NCBI GenBank assembly: GCA_051362555.1
Contig: CM120640.1
Location: forward strand, 48,214,788-48,278,787
Source of the DNA: Lingula anatina
Lineage: Eukaryota > Animalia > Brachiopoda
Length of the DNA stretch: 64,000 nucleotides
Direction of reading: 5' to 3'
In this document: positions 23,001 to 34,700 of the stretch, one piece after another
Position numbering within the stretch: position 1 is the first letter of the stretch
Layout of the letters: each line of letters begins with the position of its first letter
Program-made: the position numbers and the translations under genes
The notes under the pieces: generated by a model
What the model was told of the DNA's origin: nothing
Seen by the model: the letters and a program-made list of their open reading frames with translations, nothing else
Databases searched by the model: none

Positions 23001-26000
23001 CTGCAAGAAAAGACACAAACATAATTGATAAATATGTCTGGGAGGAGTTTCTCCATGAGCCATAAAATTACTATCATCTTAGCAGCTATATATAGAAGAG
23101 ATGAAGAGGGGGATTGCTGCACAAACATCTGTTCTTTTAACTACAACAACCTGTTGGTCCTTTAAATATCCCTTTTAAGTAACTTTTTACTTTTGATCAA
23201 AGTAATTTTATCTTTAAAATGAACTATTGCAGGGAGCATCCTTATCTGCAACATCAAACTAAGAAGCAACAGAAGATGACATCGACTTTTCGCCAAAAGT
23301 TATTTTACCCTGATCTTATTATAGATTTATTAAAACTGTTGAAATGCACTTTTCTCCATTTCTCAAGGAATGTGTAAGCAAATGCTCTATGTTCGTGTCA
23401 GTTTGTACACTTTTCTATTTTCATTTAAAGAGCCAATATGCACTACATTTTATAAAATCCACAATATATCAGGTATGATACTTCTTAAGGGGAAATTTGT
23501 GATCCAATCTTTCAGTCTTTTTTTTTTTTTAACTACATCACATGGTAAATGATCTGTTCATTATTGTGTTGCCTCCTGTGGTCATACTCAAACACAGTGA
23601 AGCCCCTCATTCATGCATGCAAAACGAGATGAGGTAAACAGACCATGTAATCAAAAACAGATATTCACACAATTGACAATGAGCCATAAAATTACTATCA
23701 TAATATTTGTGTTATGAATAAGGAAAGTCAAACACATGGAGAATACCCACATTTTAGTCATATTGTGACAGCCGAACTTAACAGAAGGAAGAAAATCTAA
23801 TCCTGTTTTTGTCCTGCCATAAAGATGGTGGGCAGGGCAGTAAGCTGTAACTATGAAAATCACACCAGGGTTATTGTGATATTGACCTTTTTAATCCCAA
23901 CTTGCAACAAGGGACATGTTGCAAAAGTGGCCACAATTCCATAGCTTTGACAAAACCACAAGAAATTAGGTGTTATATAAAAGTACGGGTTATGGGAGCT
24001 TCCCATCTTTCACTGATGATAACTTTCCTTCTCACAGGTAATTTATGACTGGTCTTTTTACCTTTGAAGTGTAAAGCCTTTGAAGGTCAGTATAGCCAGT
24101 AGCATTCTGCTGATAGTCATTGAGCAAGCCTTACTTGACCAAAAAGAATTCATATAAGATAAATACTTGTCTTTGCTATTTTCATAGCGATTACTTCATT
24201 GGTATTTTCTATATTGAGTTATATTCAGAATAAAGGATCAAAGATGCAAAATGAATATATATATATATATAAATTTATGTAAGAAAAGCTAATGATTTGG
24301 GGAAAATATTAAACCACAAAAACCATTTCTTGTAGATGCATTGATAAACCCCTTCAGCATCATTTTTAAATCTTGGACACTCCCAAAAAGTACAGCTGCA
24401 GACTGGGTTCAATTTATGAGGTCAGTGAAGTATCTCTGAAATATCATGTGCACATAGTGTGGAGAGTAGAAATATATCCAACAATGCTAATGATTTTGAA
24501 GAAAAAAATGACAGAAAATCAACAACAAGAATAATGAGGTTTCTTGTAGATACACTGATAAAGTCATAAAATATCAGTTTCAAATCTTGTTCTCTCCCAA
24601 AGAATATAGCTGCAGAATTGTTTCAATTTATAAAGTCAGTGTAGCATTGCTGATGTATTGTATATATGCAGCATGGATGGTACAAACATCTCCAAAACGC
24701 TTATAATTCTGAAGAAAAAAATGACAGAAAATCAACAACAATTAGAATCATGAGGTTTCTTGTAGATAAACTGATAAAGCCACCAAATATCATTTTCAAA
24801 TCTAGGACACTCCCAAAGAATATAGCTGCAGACTTGTTCCAATTTACGAGGTCAGTGTAGCACTGTTGAAATATTATGTGCAAATAGTATGGAGGGTAGA
24901 AATATCTCCACACAGCTGTGGGGATGCAAAACATATTTCTTTCATACTGCAACAGAAAAAGGCCAAGGACTTTGATCAAATTGTAACACAAATAGAGGCT
25001 GGTGTAAAATTAAGTATTTACTGAATTATAAAAGGGGTGTTATGGGCTGGCATATGAAAAAATGCAGCATTTAAAGCTCAATAGAACTGTAACCATCCTT
25101 ATTGAAAAAAAGTTAATAAAGCAAAATAGATAAATGTCAAACCAACCATTTCGGTAAATCTTTAATTTGAAGAATACTTTTAATGGCACAAGACAAAATA
25201 TAACTATACAACTCTAATTTCCCTTTTACATAAAAGTACCTCCTTCTGTCAAAACTGGCAAATGAAATTTTCATTTTGAGATACATTTAAACTGCAAGTA
25301 CAGCCACTTTTCAAAACCAGCTAGTGTTTAGGACCCCCTTAAATATAAGATTAGTGCTGGCGAGAGGAGATCTATAGTCAATATAATTTCAAGATACCTT
25401 GGAAACAAAGCTCTGGGGATAATTTATTGGACTAAACATCTGTGGTTCAAGCTAAATGGCCCCTGAATGTTGAATTTTACAAGCCTAAGAAATAAGAAGA
25501 GGAGAAAATGACAGAACTAAGTAGTTTGGACAGGGAATATATATGATCACTGCACAGTGCTTAGATTGTCATCAACCATGAACTTAAGGTTAGAGTTGTG
25601 GGGGTGGGGCAATAGTTCTAGATCTAAGCATACCAGTATTTGAGTTAGGTTCTTTTCTTATGTGGGTCCTTGGATCTAGAACTTTTTAGCTTGGCAAAAT
25701 TATGGCTAACAAGCAAAGGTATCTCAAATAAATGACATATAAGTGTAACAAGAATGTGGTTTAACTACTCATAGTATTAAATTTAAAAATTACAATGATT
25801 TGGAAGACTACCTCCATTTATTAAAAGATAACAATGAATAGGGTTACAGGAAAGGGATGAAAGCTGCTTTTATTGTCTAAGCCCGCAGGTTATTTAGGTT
25901 TTAGTGAACCAAATATGAACAAGAATAAGATATTTATAAAGCACTGTGCACAGGAAAAAAATAAAATATAAGGGGGAAGACATATTCAGGTGTTATGGGT

Positions 26001-26770
26001 CATGTCATCCAGTTTTGAGACTACTTCGATGTTATAAGACCATATCACCAACAAAACTTTTAGGACTTTTTGACTTCAGACTATATATCAGTATCCACTT
26101 AAAATGTGTGGAGATAGTGACCTGTATTAAAATTCACATCTGTCACAGTTAGCCACTGAGACTGACAACAACATGATCTATGCTGATGACCACCACTAGA
26201 GCATACTTTCATCAGTATATAAATACACACACATGGGTCAAAATACTTCATTGTCATTCCAAGCACATCAACCAAAACTTTATGATGCATTGAGTTTATG
26301 AGCCTTCAACAATCGTTTATCAATGAAATCCGACTACATGACAGGAATTGTGCACAAAACAACTTGGCAACAAGGCTACATCTGGCTTCTGAAATGTACA
26401 TATACAGGAATTGTGAGAATATCTACGTTTACGCAAATGTTATGTTACTTAAAATGGAGCAATTTCCTTTGACTCTTTACACACATTTATCTTGTAAAAC
26501 CATGCCTGGCTTTAGAACCTTAATGCACATGATTGTTATGTATATATTATGTGTGACAAAATTGCAATGTAACAGCTAGCCCATCCCATCCTTCTATCTC
26601 TTCCACACACACATATACTGTGTGTAACTTACCCTAATAGCGTGTTCATCTATTTCATGAAACTCTGCCACATCCTGGTATTTTTGTCCTTTCAGCCATC
26701 GTGGTGGGAAAGGACGCGGCCGGTCTTTGGGGTTAACTGGAGCAAGTTTAAAATCAGATGGAGCACTCAT
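10978..26770 (-). CDS. Hillarin/kyphoscoliosis-peptidase (KY)-family protein with two tandem catalytically inactive transglutaminase-like modules; ~1590-1630 aa
   Basis: Exons in transcript order: 26770-26633 (MSAPSDF...IDEHAIR), 23000-22915, 20606-20466 (AIFRW...TYARIFETLC), 18153-17998 (GIHC..GFAKG..HSWNAV..VDSHW), 17613-16038, 15859-15325, 15105-14983 (possible cassette), 14089-13932 (..IDRHAME), 13649-13561, 13191-13051 (AIFLW...TYAVIYETLC), 12721-10978 (GLHC..GYAKG..HSWNAV..VDCHW..YTHFP..WQLL, TAA). All GT-AG with consistent phases; motifs match the KY/hillarin/Cyk3 transglutaminase-like family. Confidence 0.88.
16730..26770 (-). CDS. Module 1 of the hillarin/KY-like gene: transglutaminase-like core plus two Ig-like (KY-type) repeats
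   Basis: HSWNAVYVDGSWQLVDSHW; YDDFYFLTNPEQLIYSHWPEEQPWQLL; repeats YYLTIYAQ..CEYKVIC and YALEIYAN..CQYVVEY. Confidence 0.85.
24288..24915. repeat. Three degenerate tandem copies of a ~200-215-bp unit (intronic)
   Basis: The blocks TTTCTTGTAGAT..CTGATAAA, CTCCCAAA..AGCTGCAGA and CAATTTA..GTCAGTG recur in units starting at ~24288, ~24486 and ~24699. Confidence 0.8.
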
Positions 26771-29125
26771 CTTGGTTCTCCTATTGTCTCAGCTTTTTGT
26801 TTCTGTAAATAATAAAAACATAAAGCAATATGATTATTTAGAATGTAGGTTATCAATGAATCAAAAAAGGTGTTTCATTTGCTGTAACTTAAAAATGTGT
26901 GTTTAAAAGGATAACTTTCTTTTAAAATAACCCAATTTTTCAAAGAATGTACTGCAAAGAAGATCCATTCAACATTTCATAGGTAATTCTTCCACAGTAT
27001 ATATATTCAAATGTCTTCAACAAATTGTAGTTGACTACTGCTGGCTAATAAATATTCTATGTCTAAATGTTTTGCACATAAGACTGACTATAATTACCCA
27101 ATATTTGTTAAGTATCAAAATACTAGACTGATAAAACATAAAACATTAAGGCATTTAAAATTTCCAACTGCAATCTAAATACACGTAATTAATGCCCATA
27201 CTAAAATTGTGGACACATACATCTAAAAATAATAATTCAAACAAGCTAAGTAGTATTTATGTGTGCAAAATGCCACGAATTCACAAAGTGCCTTATCCTA
27301 ATGAACCAACCAACTTCATCAAGCCCACTTTTCTTCACATTATGAGAACAGATTTGAGTGTAAATGACTTTATCAGATTAGGGTTGACAGAGCACATTAG
27401 GCTGCAAGTATTCCATCATCAGGAATATACTGTAGGTTGCATATCAGCTTCTTAAACAATTCAACCTCAAGATAATCACAGACTTTCAACACTATGTATG
27501 CCAATCCCATTTAGGACTAACTATGATCAGTCAAAAATGAAATATTCATAACATTATGGAGAATGCAATCACTTTTGCTATTTACATTTTAAATATAGAC
27601 TCCCCAAGGAAGAGAAGATACTTGTGTATCATACGCCAAACCATAGACCATGAGACCTCAGTTGCAATAAAAAACAAATGTATACTGCACCATGTGTGTA
27701 ATGTACAGTACAGGCGTCTGACATGCATACGGATATGCAGAGCAGGTGGAGAGACCAATACATGGAAACTTAGTCTGAATACTTACAGAGCAAGAGTGTT
27801 CAATCGCCAATACCCTAGGGAGAGTTTCAACATATCATTTACACCATTCAGACCTACTGACATGCTGTACATGTGTTTTCACCAGTTAAAATTACTATAA
27901 TCATCTGTGCAATATCTCTGTTGGTATTTAAAACCTTGATAATACAACATGTAAAGAAGTCTTTTTCTTATCCTATACAAAAAAAAAAAAAAAAAAAAAA
28001 AAAAAGATTTTTTTCAAAGGTTAACAATTTTGACATTATTAGCTAACAGAACTTATCTCCTTTTGAAGAAAGCCCCAGTGCAATTGACCTCTCACAGGTG
28101 TTGACATGATAGCATCTGACTTTTTAAATTGCTAGCAAATTCTTGATGGAGAGGCAGTGGTGGGAAGAATTAAAATGGACCATAATGGAAATAAAATCCC
28201 AGAAACAAGCCAACTGGTGAAAGCAGACCTTCAGGGTGATAACTTAGTACTTTTCTGTATCACTACACATAGAAACATGCCTGTCCAGCTCATCTGCATT
28301 TCTTTTTAAAGTTTTATATTGTTTTGACAAGACCTGCTACCTTCCTTCATCTTTTCGCCCTTAACAGGTGAACTTAAACTAGTACCAGTCTGTCTGGAGA
28401 TTTATTTGTAAACTTCCCCACATTACAAGCAACATTTATGTGAAAAATTGAAAGGTGCAACGAGTGACATTTAACACTAATTTGTTTAACAGAAAATTCA
28501 ATCAACTGTTTTTTGTATTGTATCAAATCTGGTATTAAATGCTATCGAAGCTGTTTTGATTGTTAATGTTCCCTGGTTATGTGTTGTAACAATTTTGACA
28601 GAGGCCTAACTGCTTAGTTATTCCTTTTGCTACAAACTTCCATCCTGTTTTGACAGACATGGTTATCAGATCTGGCTAGGCAGCTCCTGTTTAACTTTGT
28701 TAACGGTGTTTTAAATTCACTGAATGACTAAATATAGACTGCTTTTAGCCAGGTATTAAACTACTTTTAAACTGCACCAAGCTTAAAAAGCTTTTATCTA
28801 AAATCAAAATTTGATATTTACAACAGAGTTCTTGTGAAATACGACATAATTCACTTTCTCTTCGGCCTTGCAAAAAACATACATATGTAGAATTAAAAAA
28901 GTATGGATTACAATTCCCAAAGGTAAAAAGTAGTATATCAGTGGCTGACTGAATGAAGCACAGACACCTGCAGCTCCATTTACTATAAAAAATTTGTTCT
29001 GATTAATGTAGTCCTGAGGTACTGGATTGAAAAAAAAAAGGTACTCAAAAGATTAGGAAGAACCTCCTAGGTTTCTGACATCAATTAATTGAGGCAACTT
29101 TTTAATAAAACTACTTCAGTAATAT

Positions 29126-29287
29126 CATGTCTTAGCCAGTTATTTCAAGGGAGAGAGTCTTTTTTTGAAAAAGTGGACCTTTCATTCTTTTATTTGACCT
29201 AAAATGGTAAAGAACCTACTTCAAATTTTCATTATGAACCACAGCCAAGTGGACAGATTTTTCAATCCATCCCTGTCTTCGGCCCTG
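29126..29287 (+). mobile_element. Decayed copy of the element at 1-143
   Basis: AGGGAGAGAGTCTTTTTTTGAAAAAGTGGACCTTT matches AGGGAGGTTCTTTTTCTGAAAAAGTGGACCTTT at position 1; it ends CCCTGTCTTCGGCCCTG. Confidence 0.5.
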
Positions 29288-30320
29288 AAAATAATATTTG
29301 TGAACATGTGCCTTTCTGTATTTTTAATAATATACTGCATTTACTTGTTACCTGCATAAATCACACTTTCCTAATGTTGCAAGGCATGCATCTGCACTCT
29401 ATGTGACCCATACATTAAGGTCTACTCAACTGGTCCATTTCAAGGCCATGCCTTTGAAAATAAATTCATTATGTAGTTGTAAAAAGTTCCTTTATCATTA
29501 TCTGTAATCAAGTGAAATACCCTTCCAAGTTACTAAAGTGCCAAATTAAATCTAATGGGTCATTCCACTGATGGCAATGAACAACTACAAATGGAAAGAT
29601 AAGATCAAGTTTTCTTTAATCCCTTTGCCAGTCACTTTCATTTTTACTGTCAAAACATGCAACATAGTACTACTAGTACATATACAATCAAATGCATTGT
29701 ACATATGTCACACTTCTGAACACAACTTTTATCTTTTACTATTACTCATAATGTAAAAAGTTTCAACATGAACATACATGTTGACTGATAAAAAGGTCAC
29801 ATCCCTGCACTATAATTAATAAAATACGTTTGACTTACATGTAGTCGATATTATTACTTAAACATCAGACCTATTCCCCCATCAAAAAGCAAATAGGTAT
29901 GGAAAAGATGTGTAACTTAACTACATCTTAACGAATAATTCACAGCGTAACATTCCCAATGACACAATCCATTACCTTTCAGGTTTGACCTTTCCTGTTG
30001 TACCTGTATTTATTTTTTGTAAATAACACTGCTCGCTGGTCCAATCCACCCGATTTATATTAAAAAATAATACTGTCAGTCACATACAAATATCTTACAC
30101 GTTTACTATGTCTACAGCACATGGCATATCTAGATGAGTAATACCGTCAACAACCAATGTCGGGATTCCAATTTATTGTTTGTCACCGCCTTAGTCATCC
30201 GGCAAGCGCCGAAAATGGAAATGTCTGGGACAACATGCCGTCATTGGCACACCCACGCGGGGGCAGTTATTCAAAGTATGTTTAAAAAAGACAAGTTATG
30301 TTAAGAAAATGTTCGCTCAC

Positions 30321-30430
30321 CTGTTTGTTGTCAACGTGTTGTAGGGTGTCCCGTATGTTTCGAAATTTAAACCCCTTGCTTAGAGATCAGCGTACTTGTT
30401 GCACGCCCCGATCGCCGGCGAATGTTTGTG
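30321..30430 (-). other. Probable non-coding first exon (5' UTR) of the hillarin/KY-like gene
   Basis: Strong donor CAG|GTGAGC at 30321/30320 in a locally CpG-rich stretch; the ATG-bearing exon (26802-26633) starts with an acceptor and so needs an upstream exon. TSS is approximate. Confidence 0.55.
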
Positions 30431-30900
30431 CCCTGGATAAATGATGGGCAGATGACGTCACTTTACCGCAAAGAGTGGCTAAAAGTTGCATCCGTTTAAC
30501 ATGTTTTGTGCAGACACAAATTATTCAACATTAGAATTCTTTTTGCCTCAAAATCGCTCATTTTGTCCACGAAATGTCACAGAAGGGCAAACAAAGTTTG
30601 TTAACTCATACAAATGTTTTGATATATTAAAACAGTATATTTGTCATCGACACTGGAGCGTCTTCGTTTCAGCAGGAGTCATTTATTCAAAATATAGTTT
30701 TTATAAAGAACAATAACTTGTCATATCAGATTGCTTAATATAAATAACAACCATTTACTCATTTTGGCTTAATTTAGATATAAAGAGTAAAGATTTTTCA
30801 TCTTATACTAGATTTTTTGTACACAAATTATTTCGACAACTAAACGCAGAAAGATCCGAGCAACCTTAGATCCAGAAACCGAGGGTCTTTCAAAGTTTTA
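30400..30900. promoter_or_regulatory. Putative bidirectional promoter containing a palindromic CRE (TGACGTCA, 30453-30460)
   Basis: Divergent first-exon donors at 30321 (-) and 30960 (+) are only ~640 bp apart; CpG-enriched relative to the flanks; perfect CREB/ATF site. Confidence 0.55.
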
Positions 30901-30960
30901 CTTCCCTTCGCAAGAAATACTGATACATTTATCATGATACTCTTGTAAAATCTATATAAG
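30850..30960 (+). other. Probable non-coding first exon (5' UTR) of the ATRX-like gene
   Basis: Donor AAG|GTAAGA at 30960/30961; the ATG exon starts after acceptor TCTTTTAG at 31757. TSS is approximate. Confidence 0.5.
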
Positions 30961-31765
30961 GTAAGAATGCACTAAGGTGCATATATATTTTGTACGTCAT
31001 GTGTTTTTCAATGAAATATTTTGAGTTGGTACCAGTGTTTGTTTGTGTACACTACGTGAGGGGCCAGATGCGAAAACCAGCCAGTTGAACACGGGTAAAT
31101 TTTACTAAGATATTGTAAATTGAACGTTCATTTGAACTAAAATGATTTTCGGATTCTCATTTTCTTTTACTTCTATTGATTCCATCCGGCTACCGTGCAT
31201 TTTAAAATGATTGTAATTGCGTTTCTTTAAAATTTCCAGAAAAAACCTACAACTCGCTCCTTCTCCGACTATGTGAAACAGTTCTGTCTCATCAAAAGTT
31301 GATGTGCTAGTTCACTTCAGGTTGTTTGTTTTGCTATGTTTTCATAACTAAGCATTGTGTAGTTTTTGGTGTTAACAGTTTAACTAGCAAGGTGAGCAGA
31401 ATAGTTACAGTTTCTAGTAGTAGGAGTAGGAGGTATGGAACAGCATCAGTGTATACTTCAGTGGTCAGCGGATAAAGCCTCATAACACCCTGTGTTAGAA
31501 ACTCTCGAGGCTGTATCTGTTGTCACTTACAAATGGAATACTGATTTGGTAGCATTTCAGCGTAGCTGGAGTACAAAGCTGAAAACTTAATCAAAAGTGG
31601 TGTGTGAACTGATACACTAGCACTTTAATGGAAATTATATTCTAAGAGTTCCAATGAAAGACACACAGGTTGGGACTCCGTTTAGGTTACTCTTGTTTTC
31701 TGTCTCTCAAAACATACTGGTGAACAGCCATTTGAAGACATTTCTTCTGTCTTTTAGAAACTGAA

Positions 31766-34700
31766 ATGCCAAGTCAGCTGCGATCAAGAAAAATACCTGG
31801 TAGAGCTGATGTTGGAGCTTCAACCTCAAAAGTTGTTGCCAAGAAGATAAAGAAACCAGAGAGGTCTTCAAAAAAGAAAGAAAAGAAAGCACATAAACCT
31901 GTTGCAGGAAAGCTATCCAAAAAGCCTAAGGCAAGCAATGGAAACAAGAATAAAAATAATGACCCTGGAAGTTTTGGAGGAAAGGAAAAAATCAGGCAGC
32001 AAGTTAGTTTGAAAGATAAACTCAGTAAAGATAATGATGACAGTGATGGAATAAAACGCAGAACAGCAAGGCAATGTAAAGTAGAAGCACAAACAAATAT
32101 AAAGCTGTTGTCTTCCCCAGGTGGATTATTTAAAGAAAGCAAAGTCATCATTGACTCACCTAAACTTACACTTTCTAGAACTCAAAAAGTGAGTGGAAAT
32201 GATCCAGGTAAAACAAACTGTGTGAATAGTAAAACCCCAGTTAAAAAAATACTGAGGAGTTGTAAAGATGGCGATAAAACCACATTCTTACAAACTGATA
32301 AGGGTTCAGAACAAGCAAAAGCCAAAACTTTAAGCAAGGCCAGTAACGAGACACCCAAAAGTAGACTTACCAGAAGTTCTGTGAAAGAAAAAGAAATTGT
32401 TAAACCAAAAGGCAAGAGCCTGTATGAAGAATTACTTGAATTGGAGAAGGGCACCGTGAGAAAGTTGAGACAACGGGTTCCACCAGTGAAAAGGCACCAT
32501 TCAGCCAGCAGGTCAAGCGATGAGGATGAAGCAAATGGTCTCATTAATAAAGCAATAGGGCTTTCTGCTAGGAGACCAAAAATTGCAAGGAAAGACATTG
32601 CATCAAAACCAAAGTCCTCACATACCAGTCAACTGAAAACAATTACCTCTAAAACAAAGTTCAAACAGTCTTTTCAGGAGTCAAATTCAGAAGATTCAAG
32701 TGAGGAGGAAAGTGATGTTGATGCCATTGAGAATGATGATGGAGACAGACATTTAGAGGATTCATCTGGTGATAGTTCTGAAGAAGAAGACATTAGTGTA
32801 AACACAATTTTTATTTAGAAAATGATATTTTACAGAAATGGAGAATTAATGCACACTGATTAATGCTACTGTGGCATTTGATTTTCTTTAAAATTTATGG
32901 AATTATTAACTGTTGTCAGATCCATATTTATTTTACATAAATGGCAGGGATCTTTTGAATGAAATACTTAAATTTTCAGGTTATAAAAACCTTGTCGGTT
33001 GAAGAAGTGGAAAAAGAACGAAAAGCTGAAGAAGAACAGAAGAAAAAAGAAGAGCAGGTAAGATAAAGTGATACCATGTAATTATTGTCATGCACTTAAG
33101 CAAACTGAACCCCATGACCAATTGTTAAGTAATTTTCCAAAGGTAATAAGTGTATGCATGTCTTATTTCACATGAATGAATTTGCTGGCAGAACAATACA
33201 TAGGGGAAAACTGCCAAAAATTTATCTTGAAAAATGAGCAACTTGAAGTATTTGCATCTGTTTATCAAAGAGGAAGGATTTTGTAGTTTTGTTATGTTGC
33301 CAGTGTTTGGTTAAATGTGCATCTGTTTATAAAATGTATGTTACATTTAAGGTGGATGAGGTCAAGCGACTGAAAAATGTTTTGATATGGAAGGTGCGTA
33401 AACAACTTATGGCCTAACACAATGTAAATTATGTCATTGAAGTTTTGTTGAAATTTTGAAAAGTTAAATTTTCTTTATACCTCTCAAAAAAGACGGAAAA
33501 ATCAATTTACCACTTCCTTTTCTTTTCAGCAAGAGCAGTTAGTGGATCTGCGACAAGTTCAAAGACAAAATACAGTGTTGGAAAAGAAAATTGCACAACT
33601 TACAAAATCTAATAGCAGTCAGGTATGAATTTGAAAAAATTCCAATCTCTTGAATGAGAATTGAAAGAATGAATTGAAAGAATGAGTATCACAAGCTTTT
33701 TTAATGACTAACGCGTTGTGTACATATACTCTTTTACAGACTCACAAAACAGCATTGCAAGTATGACATTTTTTGGAATTTTCGAAAAGTCATTTCAAGA
33801 GAGAATTTAAAAAAATCTGCTTTTCTGATGCAATTTTCAAGTTTATAGTTAAATGAGTGAAACTAAATATTTCAGGTAATAGATAACAACCCAGAAGTGG
33901 TGCTGCGACCTTTGACATTACCAGAATGCAGTGACGACCCCTTAGAATCACAGATTACCAAGTTTAAGGATTCAATTAAACAAATAGTGAGTGGAAACCG
34001 TGTTTTAGTACTAACGTATATTTTTATGAACAATTCACATTGCAGTAGCCTTTTCAGGGTCATGAATAAATGGTAGGTTTGTCTTGTGAAAGGGAATGAA
34101 TTATGAGAAGTTTTAGTATTAAGCTTTTAAGATAATTTGTTTCTAACGAAGTGATCATAGAATTATGCAATGTGCTAATAAAAAATTGCTGTATAAAACC
34201 AAATAATATGACATTTTTCATAAATTTAAAACTTTTTCCTTGTTTTGCTCATTTCAAAATCCCCTGCAAACCACAGCTGCTGTAATATTTTTCATATTTC
34301 ATGAAAGGAAAGTGAAATGACTGCCTTGGAGTCTGCAGTTGAAGTGAACATGGAACTGGAATCCAGGCTGAGGGAGCTGCAGCATTCCAAGGAGGTAAGG
34401 TGTAAATAGGGTTATACAGGACTTATTGAATACAGGTTTACCAGTGAGGGGTGAAATAGGATTTTTTTTTCACTTTTTGTATATTTAGAAGCCACATGAT
34501 GCCATGTGCTGTACACAGTGACTGCCAGCAGCTTGTTTCTACTTAAAGACCATATGCTGACTTTTTGTGACCTACAGAAAAAGATTTGTTATTTAACAGA
34601 CTTTTAACCTATCTATGAAGGTGTTGATGATATATGTTCCAATTTCTAGAGAGAACAGTACTATGAAAAGGAAGAGGAAAGGAAAAAGAAAAATGAGGAG

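Noticed and set aside
27979-28005. Long poly-A/T and poly-G/C runs here and elsewhere (e.g. 19331, 58588, 60871, 60923)
   Set aside because: No associated SINE/LINE body or TSD; simple homopolymers with unreliable lengths
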